A stretch of 64,000 nt of DNA from Eledone cirrhosa (lineage: Eukaryota), in the NCBI GenBank assembly GCA_964016885.1, contig OZ024765.1, positions 21,576,001 through 21,640,000 of the forward strand. Direction: 5' to 3'. The translations under genes were made by a program, and so were the position numbers. The notes under the pieces were generated by a model. That model searched no databases. It worked only from the letters and a program-made list of their open reading frames with translations, and was not told where the DNA came from. The stretch's first letter is position 1. Every line of letters starts with the position of its first letter. Positions 14,327 to 25,420 of the stretch are shown piece after piece.

Positions 14327-15020
14327 CAAGCTACAATACTCTCAGAACACCCTCCTCCACTGCTAATTAGGTCACCAGGTCATAGAAGCTATCAGCTACT
14401 TCTATAGTACCCTTTATTATCAACAGAGGGAGCAACTCCCTAAACTTCCTCCCTCCTGTCCCTATCCTAGCTACCATGCTCTCAAGAACACCCTCCTCCC
14501 CTGCTAATTAGGTCAACTAGATAACAGAAGCTATCAGCTACTTCTATAGTACCCTTTATTGTCAACAGTGGGAGCAGCTCCTTAAACTTCTTCCATCCAG
14601 TCCTTAGCCTAGCTACTATGCTCTCAAGAACACCCTCCTCCCCTGCTAATTAGGTCAACTAGATAACAGAAGCTATCAGCTACTTCTATAGTACCCTTTA
14701 TTGTCAACAGTGGGAGCAGCTCCTTAAACTTCTTCCATCCAGTCCTTAGCCTAGCTACTATACTCTCAGAGCGATCTCCTCCACTACTAATTAGGTCACC
14801 AAAGTAGCAAAAGCTATCAGCTACTTCTCTGAATCCTTCCTCAGATTGGAAAATCTTTCTATCTCTGACCATCTTAATACCATTTAACCCTCAATGTCTG
14901 CTACATACCAAGTTTTCATTTCCTGTTAGTCTGCCTGCTAAACACAGTTAATCATATCACCTAGGTAACAGAAGCTATCAGCCATTTCTATGGATCCTTC
15001 TTTGGACTGGAGAAGGTTTT
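14327..15020 (-). repeat. Tandemly amplified ~142-bp RTE ORF segment
   Basis: Repeated IEVADSFCYL.DLIS.GGG.S...RTGWKKF.ELLPLL. Confidence 0.8.
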
Positions 15021-15041
15021 ATATAATTATATATACATATA

Positions 15042-15096
<55 letters not shown>

Positions 15097-15250
15097 TTCA
15101 AGTTATCAATAATGTAGTGATAATATATCGTCACGTTAGAGATAAACAGCGTACGTGTAGGTTTGCTCAACGAGTATAAATTATATTCCGGAGAAAATGT
15201 AGAAAAGATGAATATAAAATGAAAGTGCTTTTAGAAAGGAATTTATTAGG

Positions 15251-15368
15251 TATTGACATATGTTTCTGTAACAGACGGAATACCTATGTACCGCTGTTTG
15301 CGTAATCATATAATGTTAGCAAGTATTCGATAGTAAATGTATAATCAGTTGTCACTTCTTCAGAGATA
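15251..15368 (-). ncRNA. HHR-like motif with long stem II
   Basis: CTGAAGA-A-GTGACA...TGTTAC-A-GAAAC-ATAT-GTC; stem I weak. Confidence 0.55.
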
Positions 15369-15840
15369 TTGGATAAATTGGAAAAAATTGAAGTATTTAT
15401 ATTAGTTGTAAGAAAGGAAGAAGAGAGGGGATAGTATATGACAGATGGTAATTCAATTTGCTGGTAAACAAGTATATAGAAGGATTCTAATGAGAATACA
15501 ATGAGTATATGGCTTATTTTGTCTAAATAAGAATTTTTGGGAGTGCCTATTTTAATCTATATTTGACCAATTGAACAATGGACAGGGCTGGTCGTTTGGT
15601 GTAGTGGTATTAATACAGGTATAAAGTGTCAAGTAAGGAAGAGAGAGATTTTCACTGCTACTGTATAACAACAATGTTGGTAGCCTGCTGGTATATGCAT
15701 TAGGGAATTGAATTAAGAAATCTCATTTTATCCATAGCCGTTTATATTAAATGGTAAAGAATAGAAGAGTTGATAGAATTAAGACTAATAGAGAATGTTA
15801 ATATGTATTTTGACAATCAAACGGAGATGGAGACAGGCGT

Positions 15841-16500
15841 TCAATCCTGGTAGTATTTATAATATGAAAATGTAGATTTCAAGCGATTGTTACAGTATAA
15901 CGATCGCTCTATTCTGTTATTTAATAAAATCTTTTTGGATTTTATAATACAAAATAATTCCATAATACACAATTTACAAAATTCCTGTCTTTGGAAATAT
16001 GCAGGGGCAGCCGTAATTATATCCCATTTTAGGTTAAATTGTTGGTTATTTTCGCACAGTTGCCAAGCCATGTCTGCGAGTGTTGTTACATAACACTGGT
16101 TTTCATGTTTTATCGAGTAACGATGTCTATAAAGGCGAGATTTGAAGGAGGTAGCTGTAGACCCCATATAGTACCACTTCTGGCTACCCGATTCGATAGT
16201 ACATTTGTATACGATGTTGCGTTCAAGACACTGATTGTTCAACGTACACATTCCTGGTTGGACACAGTTACAGTTATAATTATGCGTTGTTGTATTACCA
16301 TGGATGGGTTGATGAGGTTGCTTAGGCAGGACGGGATGTTGTTTGTTGTTTTGTGATGTTATAGCCGATGTTTTACGTGTTGGAAGGCGTTTATACAACC
16401 GTTTTGCGTTAAGCTTCTTTATATGTTGTTCAATATTAGGGGCGGTTGAATATGAAAGTCGAATAGTGTTAGGGTTTAAGATTTTATTATATTTATGTGA
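15841..16500 (-). pseudogene. GIY-YIG endonuclease region of the PLE
   Basis: IVYKC...YYMGSTATSFKSRLYRH, CKLCIME and the Cys-rich linker. Confidence 0.85.
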
Positions 16501-16699
16501 TGTTGGAAAATGTTTTTTAACTAATCGAAAGAATTGTGAGGGTAGATTGGTTTTAATAGAGTTGTTATAGACCGGGTTGTACCATATATACTCTTTACAT
16601 CGCCTTCTGTTTGGTGGTGTGCGACTATTAGTGTGTCTATTGCGGTAGTGTATGTATGGTGGGTGATTCTATGCTATTTCTACCTCTATGAGATTTATT

Positions 16700-17205
16700 T
16701 TAGGTGTTTTGGTGATCATCGACTATATACTCTATATTATCTAGGTGTCCAGCCTTCCTAAGTGCATCATCATAATATTCGGCATGTTCTTTGAAAGTTT
16801 GCTGGTTGGACGACAGGCGGGAGATTCTAAGGGAAATATTTCTAGGGTTGGATTTAATTATAGAGGGTGGATGGTTAGAACCCGTATTTACATATTTAAG
16901 GTTCTCATTTAGTTTATGGAACGGTTTAATTGTTTCTGTATTGAGATTAAAAGTAACATCAAGGAAATTAACCTCTTTGAGGTTATATTCAAACGTAATA
17001 TTTAATCCTAGTTCCTTAAGAAGCTTTCTAATATTTTTACGCATCCTTTCTAAATTCTGGTTATTCATATGCTTAATTAATAGGAGCAGATCGTCACGGT
17101 AGAGTCCACCGTGGAGATCCTTGAATTTTCCTTGTAGAATAAATTCCCACAAGATCAGTTACTTCCGCCGAATCATTGGAACCCATAGTTATATCAAAAT
17201 TAGAA
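16700..17205 (-). pseudogene. PLE reverse transcriptase motifs B-E, frameshifted
   Basis: MGSNDSAE and YRDD lie in different frames. Confidence 0.85.
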
Positions 17206-17287
17206 GGACCCGTCCCACCCTTGCAAACAGGGAAAAGCGGACGTAAAATGATGATGATGATAAATATATGTATATATTCATATATAT

Positions 17288-18103
17288 CAGAAAAAATGAA
17301 ACAAAATTTCATTTCTCACTCTTAGTACGGCTGTTACTTAAATATAAGTATGTATACGTACGTACATATATGTATACAGACGTACAGTAGTATGTATATA
17401 TATATATACATACATGCACACATATATATATGTACGTATGGATTCACGGAACATTTATTATAATGCTCGGTGTGTTTGTAAACAAACATCCCGAATTAAG
17501 CCGTACAGTGTCTAGGACAAAGGAACGCTGTACTAGTTTCAAGCTTATTAGCTATCGTCAGCAACGTATACCTTCCTGCCAGATGATTGAACGTCTGAAA
17601 GTATATACTTTCCTTATGCATATTAACGGCTGAGCAGCCTAATTTGCATATCGAGTGAGTTAATCGGCCGGGGTACCGAAAACGATAAACAGAAAAAATG
17701 AAACGAAATTTCATTTCCCACTCTTAGTACGGCTGTTACTTAAATATAAGTATGTATACGTACATACATATATGTATACAGACTTACAGTAGTATGTATA
17801 TATATATACATACATGCACACATATATATATGTACGTATGGATTCACAAAACATTCACCAAACGATAGCTAACAAGCTTGAAGCTAGTACAGCGTTCCTT
17901 TGTCAGTGTTGAACAAACGAGCAACGATGGTTGCTAGACACTACGGCTTAATACGGGATGTTTGTTTACAAACACACCAAGCATTATAATAAGTGTTCGG
18001 TGAATCCATACGTACATATATATATGTGTGCATGTATGTATATATATATACATACTACTGTACGTCTGTATACATATATGTATGTACGTATACATACTTA
18101 TAT
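17288..18103. mobile_element. Rearranged PLE terminus (direct duplication plus inversion)
   Basis: 17288-17450 duplicated at 17690-17848; 17860-18103 is the reverse complement of 17338-17558. Confidence 0.75.
17525..17567 (-). ncRNA. Minimal type I HHR
   Basis: ACGTTG CTGACGA TAGCT AATA AGCTT GAAAC TA GTA^ CAGCGT. Confidence 0.85.
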
Positions 18104-18120
18104 TTTATATATATATATAT

Positions 18121-18295
18121 CCAAAATCTCTGAAGAAGTGACAACTGATTATACATTTGCTATCGAATACTTGCTAACATTATATGATTACGCAAACAGC
18201 GATACATAGGTATTCCGTCTGTTACAGAAACATATGTCAATACCTAATAAATTCCTTTTTAAAAAAAGCACTTTCATTTTATATTCATCTTTTCT
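18121..18295 (+). mobile_element. Inverted pLTR copy of 15195-15372 with HHR-like motif (18125-18242)
   Basis: Reverse-complement identity; ends at TA just before the tail. Confidence 0.85.
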
Positions 18296-18475
18296 ATATA
18301 TATATATATATATATTTATTAAAATAACAGATTAAAGTTTAAGCAAAGAATCGCTGCTTTCACCCTTATTTGCTCTTCGGTTCTTATATATTTGATATAT
18401 ATTTGATATATATTTTCCTTATCGAGCCCTCTCTGGATTTTAGTCTTCAATTTTATTATTATTACTATATAGTAT

Positions 18476-19040
18476 AACAAAGTGCAGGGCAATAAAGATA
18501 GACGGTAGTCACGGAATAGGCAGACCTAGAAAAACCTGGGACGAGCTGATAAACTCCGACATCACACACTTACACCTCTCCAAGACAATGTCACTGGACC
18601 GAGACCTTTGGCGGTACTCAGTAACAGAGAAGACCCGCCTTACCTAAATATATAGTAAAACCTACTCCAGCCAGTAGGCATCTCTAACAAAATACACCCC
18701 GTCCCACCACCACCACCCGATCCACACCACCCCGTTCTATGTAAAGTTATGTTGGTGCCGCGCCATCGAGGCCGAAACAAATGAGATCGTGTAGGTGTCA
18801 CGACAAAAAAACACACAGTCCACGCTGTAATGTGGCCGTGTAGGCAACACGGTAAAAACCTCCCAGACCCACACTGTAAATGTGGTTGGTGTTAGGAAGG
18901 GCATCCAACTGTAGAAAACCTGCCAGACAGTCCTATGCGAGCAAGACAATCACTCTTGCCTCAAGTGGGACTACCCCCGTCCAAACCCATGCAAGCGTGG
19001 AACACGGACGTTAAACGTTGATGATGATGATGATGATGAT
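18476..19040 (+). mobile_element. RTE family A 3' end with (GAT)n tail
   Basis: Near-identical reverse complement of 19517-20090. Confidence 0.9.
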
Positions 19041-19174
19041 ATATATATATATGTATACGCATTTTTACGCATCCTTTCTAAATTCTGGTTATTCATATGC
19101 TTAATTAATAGGAGCGCATCGTCACGGTAGAGTCCACCGCGGAGATCCTTGAATTTTCCTTGTAGAATAAATTC
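19041..19174 (-). mobile_element. Second copy of the PLE RT YRDD segment
   Basis: Near-identical to 17033-17146 (YRDDAL here). Confidence 0.85.
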
Positions 19175-19290
19175 TAAGGGATGTTGTTTGTTGTTTTGTT
19201 GTTTTGTATATATATATATATATATTGTTTGTTGTTTTGTATATATATATATATATATTGTTTGTTGTTTTGTATATATATATATATATA

Positions 19291-19454
19291 TTAGGTATAG
19301 GATTATCCTAGATGTAGTAATGGTTAATTACTACACTGGATATGGTTGACGTACAGTGAGAGGTTACTCTACGAGTTATGGAAGAATTGTTGAAGAAACT
19401 TAGTTCCTGATCCTTCTGTATTCCGGAGTGTATATAAAGAATGAATTATTCATT

Positions 19455-19463
<9 letters not shown>
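19291..19463 (-). mobile_element. Minimal PLE insertion: ~15-bp fold-back plus structured tail
   Basis: Hairpin 19431-19463; ACTC-CG...CG-TA-GAGT at 19366-19429. Confidence 0.6.
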
Positions 19464-19516
<53 letters not shown>

Positions 19517-19518
<2 letters not shown>

Positions 19519-21600
19519 TTATCATCATCATCATCATCAACGTTTAACGTCCGTGTTCCACGCTTGCATGGGTTTGGACGGGGGTAGTCCCACTTGAGGC
19601 AAGAGTGATTGTCTTGCTCGCATAGGACTGTCTGGCAGGTTTTCTACAGTTGGATGCCCTTCCTAACACCAACCACATTTACAGTGTGGGTCTGGGAGGT
19701 TTTTACCGTGTTGCCTACACGGCCACATTACAGCGTGGACTGTGTGTTTTTTTGTCGTGACACCTACACGATCTCATTTGTTTCGGCCTCGATGGCGCGG
19801 CACCAACATAACTTTACATAGAACGGGGTGGTGTGGATGGGGTGGGGGTGGTGGTGGTGGGACAGGGTGTATTTTGTTAGAGATGCCTACTGGCTGGAGT
19901 AGGTTTTATTATATATTTAGGTAAGGCGGGTCTTCTCTGTTACTGAGTACCGCCAAAGGTCTCGGTCCAGTGACATTGTCTTGGAGAGGTGTAAGTGTGT
20001 GATGTCGGAGTTTATCAGCTCATCCCAGGTTTTTCTAGGTCTGCCTATTCCGTGACTACCGTCTATCTTTATTGCCCTGCACTTTGTTATACAGCTATCG
20101 ACTTTCATGCGCATCACGTGTCCATACCAACGTAGCCTTCTCTCGAGTAAACAACAACTGATCCCGCTTATCTCTAATTTTTTCCTTAGTTCGTTTATGC
20201 TTTGCCGTTCACGTATATTACTGTTACACATCCAACGGAGCATGCAAGCTTCGTTCCTCTCTAGTCTGCGTATATCCTCTGCACACAATGCCCAGGTCTC
20301 ACTGCCATGCAGCATTGCTGTTCGTATGCAGGCATCGTACAACCTGCTTTTCATTTTTAGGGAGAACCCTTTAGCAGCTAATAGTGGTATAAGCTCTCTG
20401 AACTTTTTCCAACCAGTTCTGACTCTAGCTACAGTACTTTCAGAGCACCCTCCCCCACTGCTGATTTTATCGCCCAGGTAACGGAAGCTGTCCATTATTT
20501 CTATAGAACCCTCTGCGCAGTTGAAAGAGCTAGTATTTTGTGGGCACTTGCTGCTACTTATTGCACCAGAACACCGGCCACATGTAAAGTCTATGTTCTT
20601 AGTTAGCTTACCTGTGATCCCACTACATCTTTTATGCACCCATACTTTGCATTTAGGACACAAAATGGAGTTTCTACCTACGCCTTTCCTACACACCGAG
20701 CACGACCATTTCCCAGAAGGGACCGCCGCCTTGTTTTCTTTCCTACAAACTAGTACTTTGGTCTTAGCCAGGTTAATTTTAAGTCCTTTTGACTCTAGGC
20801 CGTGCTTCCATGTTTGGAATTTCTTCTCTAGCTCGGCCATTGATTCCGCTATGAGTGTCAGGTCGTCTGCGTATAGGAGTTCCCATGGGCAGCCTGTCTT
20901 GAACTCCTCTGTTATAGCCTGAAGGGCAATAATAAATAGTAGGGGGCTGAGAACAGAGCCCTGATGGACGCCAACTTTTACGCTAAACTCTTCACTATAT
21001 TCGTTGTTAATTCTAACCTTGCTGACTGTTTCTTTATACATGGCTTGTATAGCCCTCACAAGCCATTCATCAACGCCTAGTTTTCTAAGAGCCCACCAGA
21101 TAATGGAGCGGGGGACTCTGTCGAAGGCTTTCTCCAAGTCGACAAAAGCTAAGTAGAGGTGTTTACCTTTAGCTAGGTACTTCTCCTGTAGTTGTCGTAC
21201 TATGAAAAGAGCGTCTGTGGTACTTTTGCCTGACACAAACCCAAACTGCATTTCATCTAGGTCAATTCTCTCTCTGATTAGTTGCGCTATTACTTTTTCC
21301 GTGACCTTCATGACCTGGTCGATTAATTTACTGCCTCTATAGTTACTCCTATCTAGGGCGTCTCCTTTACCCTTATAACAGTTAACGATGATGCTGCTAT
21401 GCCAGTCCTTCGGAACAACCCCATTCTGTACGACTTGGTTAACTATGCGGGTGACCATGGTGTGTCCCACCGTGCCAGATGCCTTCAGCATCTCAGCAAC
21501 TATTTCTGAAGGCCCAGCCGCCTTACCCGTCTTCATATCCTTGATTGCCTTACTTATTATACTCCCCTCGACTAACACTGCTGGTCCCTCTATTGGGTCG
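19517..21600 (-). mobile_element. 5'-truncated RTE family A LINE
   Basis: Open 553-aa RT frame ([24 protein letters not shown]), 3'UTR and (GAT)n tail. Confidence 0.95.
19917..21578 (-). CDS. RTE reverse transcriptase, truncated, with PHD-like insert
   Basis: RT motifs intact. Confidence 0.85.
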   Translation of the reverse strand: MLVEGSIISKAIKDMKTGKAAGPSEIVAEMLKASGTVGHTMVTRIVNQVVQNGVVPKDWHSSIIVNCYKGKGDALDRSNYRGSKLIDQVMKVTEKVIAQLIRERIDLDEMQFGFVSGKSTTDALFIVRQLQEKYLAKGKHLYLAFVDLEKAFDRVPRSIIWWALRKLGVDEWLVRAIQAMYKETVSKVRINNEYSEEFSVKVGVHQGSVLSPLLFIIALQAITEEFKTGCPWELLYADDLTLIAESMAELEKKFQTWKHGLESKGLKINLAKTKVLVCRKENKAAVPSGKWSCSVCRKGVGRNSILCPKCKVWVHKRCSGITGKLTKNIDFTCGRCSGAISSSKCPQNTSSFNCAEGSIEIMDSFRYLGDKISSGGGCSESTVARVRTGWKKFRELIPLLAAKGFSLKMKSRLYDACIRTAMLHGSETWALCAEDIRRLERNEACMLRWMCNSNIRERQSINELRKKLEISGISCCLLERRLRWYGHVMRMKVDSCITKCRAIKIDGSHGIGRPRKTWDELINSDITHLHLSKTMSLDRDLWRYSVTEKTRLT

Positions 21601-21621
21601 ATATATATATATATATATATA

Positions 21622-21990
21622 TATTGTTATACTTTGGGAGGGTCATGCGCAAACTGAGCACACAACACACACACAGAAACAAAATGGCGTAGGACAGAAG
21701 AAAGGAAAGGCACAGAAACAAAGAAAGGAATCCCCAGTCACTGAAGAGGTCACAGAATGTGTGACGAAAGGACTATGACTATATATAAACAACTATCTGG
21801 TTGTGGAACCAACCAACCAACCAGAAATTTGTAAATTTGTAAATTTATAAATATATAATAAATTAAATTGAAGTGAAAGCAACTGGTGCGTGTGTTTCTT
21901 ATTGGCAACATGACCCTCCCAAAGTATAACAATATCGGTTTCAACACACGATTTCAGATAAAGAATCTTGCTAAACAAATTCAGAAACGA
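21622..21990. mobile_element. PLE-like terminus with short inverted arms
   Basis: 21622-21647 inverted at 21906-21934; family recurs at 24118-24180 and 48133-48252. Confidence 0.6.
21736..21780 (+). ncRNA. Minimal type I HHR, CUA cleavage triplet
   Basis: AGTCA CTGAAGA G GTCAC AGAATGT GTGAC GAAAG GA CTA^ TGACT. Confidence 0.75.
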
Positions 21991-22289
21991 TATATATATA
22001 TATATACATATATATATTCATATAAATATATATATACCAATATTTTGCCAATTTTCAACCATGTGTGTGTATATATAGATATATATATACACACACATGC
22101 CATTCCTTTTTCCCTATCTACATATTTCTCACTTGCTGCTCTTTAGATTTTTCCATTTTTTTTCTATTTTATGAATTGAAACATAAATAATTCCCCCAAT
22201 ATTAACAGCTGCTGTGGTGGCGGGGGAGGGAGAACTGACGTTTACACAGGTTGGTGTTGGACATTTCACTCCTTATTATCAACAGCTGT

Positions 22290-22525
22290 CAGGGCTGGGT
22301 GGTAGGGTGGGTGGCTGGGTGGAAGAGTGGGTGGTAGGGTGGATGGGTGGAGAGGGTGGGTGGAGAGGGTGGGTGGCTGGGTTGAGAGGGTGGGTGGAGG
22401 GGTGGAAGGGTGGGCGGATGGGTGGAAGGGTGGGTGGATGAGTGGGGTGGGTGGATGGGTGAGAGGGTGGGTGGATGAGTGGAAGGGTGGGTGGGTGGAT
22501 GGGTGGGTGGAGAGGGTGGGTGGAT
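22290..22525. repeat. G-rich (GGGT/GGAT)n repeat
   Basis: Direct inspection. Confidence 0.85.
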
Positions 22526-22965
22526 ATGTGTGTGAGTATATATAGATGGGTGTACCAGTGGCGGAGGGTAACCTGGAAAGCAGGGAATGCAGTCCAATCG
22601 CCATGGCGGAAAGTGGGGCTGTGCAGCCTTACCCCCCCAATTCCCTCTAAATGACACCCCCCCCCCCGGTCAAAGCCACATGTAGTGTTATCTAGTGTGT
22701 GTGTGTGTGTGTGTTATCTTTTTATGTGTCTACGATTTAGTAAGCAGCCAAAATTCTGCTTGCTTCAACTGATGCAATTGATCAACTCAAAATTCTGTAA
22801 CACATGCGCTGCATGCGTTGCATGTACGCACCCTTCGCCCCTGGTGTGTACGTGGATGTAGGAATGTGTGCATATATGTATATATATATCATCATCATCA
22901 TCACCATCATCATTTTACGTCCACTTTTCCCTGCTTGCAAGTTTATATATATATATATATATATA

Positions 22966-23093
22966 CGTTATTCCGGGTTGAATCGGAGGTAACCACAGTA
23001 AGTAAGGTACTCAATACATAGCAGAGTATAACAGTTTTAATATAGATGAGAATCTACAGGACTAGAACTGTTTCATTCATTAAAAATCATCAG
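22966..23093 (-). mobile_element. PLE terminus: HHR truncated at stem I plus tail
   Basis: CTGATGA..GAAACAG-TTCTAGTC-CTGTA; tail hairpin 23009-23027. Confidence 0.8.
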
Positions 23094-23126
<33 letters not shown>

Positions 23127-23164
23127 TTACATTATTTTGCATTTGTTATACCTTTATGACTATA

Positions 23165-23271
23165 TATTTCTGATGATTTGATTAGGCATACTTTGTATCT
23201 AAAATTGAGTGACACAACTTCAGGTGATTAGCAATTTTAAGACAATTCAATCAATGAAACAATTGTTAATA
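23165..23271 (+). ncRNA. HHR with long stem II
   Basis: CTGATGA T TTGATT...AATCAA T GAAAC AATT GTT; homolog of 55279-55384. Confidence 0.65.
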
Positions 23272-23820
23272 CTGTAAATAAAACCCTTTTTGTATTGTTG
23301 ACCATGTTATTCTTGACTCTTTCACTATTGTATATATATATATATATATATATAACGAAGGAAATGTGGTAAGGAACCAGGTGGACCATAACGCACCAAA
23401 ATACTCAATACTTAGGGTATTTTCATTCAGTCCAGAATTAGCCGTCGAAACGGCTTGAGCTCAGCCGTCGGGGTCTTACTTGTTCCTATTACCCACTCTA
23501 CTTGTTCCTATATATATATATATATATATGAAAAACATGGGGAGAAGAATACTGCATGGTTGCACATGGATTACATATTATAAAATTAGTCCCTCATCAG
23601 TGATTTGCCAACCATCATTGGTATTTCATCGCATTAAAAATCAGATACCTCAGGTTGGTGCGAGCAATAACTAAAATAAGCTATTGGGACAAGTGAATCG
23701 CGTAAAGCGAGTGAGACAAGTAAACAACATAGAAGGAAAAGCTAACCGAAGATGGGAAGAAAAACAAGCAACATGGTTATCCGATCAGCATAAGCTGGGT
23801 GAATATATATATATATATAT

Positions 23821-24056
23821 ATATTAATAAGAGGAATTCCAACTTTGTCTGATTTACTCGTTTTATTTACAATCCTTTAAAATTTATAATGGTATTATAA
23901 TGAAATAGTATGATAGAATATTAAATGTTAAGTGTTAATTAACACTTAACATTTAATATTCTATCATACTATTTCATTATAATACCATTATAAATTTTAA
24001 AGGATTGTAAATAAAACGAGTAAATCAGACAAAGTTGGAATTCCTTTTATTAATAT
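23821..24056. repeat. Near-perfect ~236-bp palindrome between TA tracts
   Basis: Centre at 23938/23939, no spacer. Confidence 0.95.
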
Positions 24057-24179
24057 AATCTTCTATACACAATCATACACACCCGTGTATATTTATCTAT
24101 CTATATATCTATATATATATTGTTATACTTTCAACACACGATTTCAGATAAAGAATCTTGCTAAACAAATTCAGAAACG

Positions 24180-24236
<57 letters not shown>

Positions 24237-24237
<1 letters not shown>

Positions 24238-24437
24238 GTTATTCCGGGTTGAATCGGAGGTAACCACAGTAAGAAAGGTACTCAATACATTGCAGAGTAT
24301 AAAAGTTTTAATATAGATGAGATTCTACAGGACTAGAACTGTTTCATTCTTTAGAAATCATCAGGAATCCCTGATGATTTCTAAAGAATGAAACAGTTCT
24401 AGTCCTGTAGAATCTCATCTATATTAAAACTTTTATA
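24237..24437. mobile_element. PLE fold-back: tail plus inverted pLTR arms
   Basis: Arms 24298-24365 and 24370-24437; tail 24237-24298 present on one arm only. Confidence 0.9.
24321..24369 (-). ncRNA. Complete minimal type I HHR
   Basis: GATTC CTGATGA TTTC TAAA GAAT GAAAC AG TTCTAGTC CT GTA^ GAATC. Confidence 0.9.
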
Positions 24438-24441
24438 TATG

Positions 24442-24497
<56 letters not shown>

Positions 24498-24757
24498 CAC
24501 ACATACACATATATATACATACACACATATATATATATATATACACACACCCATATATATATATGACAGGAGCGAAAAGATTGATTCTTTTTAGCTTCCC
24601 ATCCCCACGTAAAATTTGTAAATCAGGGGTTAGTTGAGAGGTAGGGTCCTATCAAGTGCCAGTTGCTAATAGCTTTACCCTGTCAGTCGTCACAGTCATG
24701 GACGGCATAGACTGGTCTTAGGATTCTGTCGATCGATTGGTTATTGATTAGGCGATA

Positions 24758-24867
24758 CCCGCTGATGAAGCAGCATAAGCCGATTGTGCATTGTTGCATA
24801 ATATATGCAGACAGATGGTGCAGTGCACCTTACTGCTGCATTAGTGCGGCAGAAACTCGAGCCCGGG
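24758..24867 (+). ncRNA. HHR with branched long stem II and GCC in place of the NUH triplet
   Basis: CCCG CTGATGA ... GAAAC TCGA GCC CGGG; tail hairpin follows at 24924-24957. Confidence 0.65.
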
Positions 24868-25017
24868 GACCTTATAGGCACCCATTTTATGTGTGTTGTG
24901 TTGAAGCAAATAACTATGTGTATACTCTGGTAATGTATCTTACATTGCCTATTGAGTACGCTGAGATACAACCGGTACTGGCATTGATAAATATGCTGGG
25001 TCCGTCAACCCTTATTA

Positions 25018-25277
25018 TCATCATCATCACCATTCTACGTCCGTTCTTCCACGCTAGCATGGGTTAAACAGGTTGTTGTATTGTGGGCAGTGCCCGGTCG
25101 GCTGCCCAAGCCTTGCTCATACAGGAACTGATTTGGCTTGACTTCTACAGCTGGATGCCCTTCCTAACACCAACCTCATTTACAGTGAGTGCTGGATGCT
25201 TTTTCGTGGCGTAACGCCAGAGGTCACGGTCGTGTGTCATCGCCTTTGAGAGGTGTAATTGGGTAAGGTCGGCTTTT
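25018..25277 (-). mobile_element. RTE family B 3' end, internally shortened
   Basis: [19 protein letters not shown] and 3'UTR as in 36160-36560. Confidence 0.85.
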
Positions 25278-25420
25278 ATATATATATATATATATGTAAA
25301 TATATATATATGTAAATATATATATATGTATATATATATATACATATATATATACATACACACACACATATACATACATACACACACACACATATATATA
25401 TATATACATATATACATATA

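Larger units (their letters stand above)
15095..17205 (-). mobile_element. 5'-truncated Naiad-type Penelope-like element (RT fragment, GIY-YIG, 3' pLTR with HHR-like motif and tail)
   Basis: FDITMGSNDSAEVTDLVG, GGLYRDD, NFLDVTFNL, SNHPP; downstream CNC..C..CL..IVYKC..YMGST..FKSR..H..CKLC..E. Confidence 0.9.

Noticed and set aside
15841-16398. Selenocysteine recoding, reported for some Naiad elements
   Set aside because: Conserved Cys positions here and at 41983-42492 are ordinary Cys codons; no in-frame TGA seen at those sites
23560-23645. CTGATGA on the minus strand at ~23603-23609
   Set aside because: No correctly placed GAAA or stems downstream
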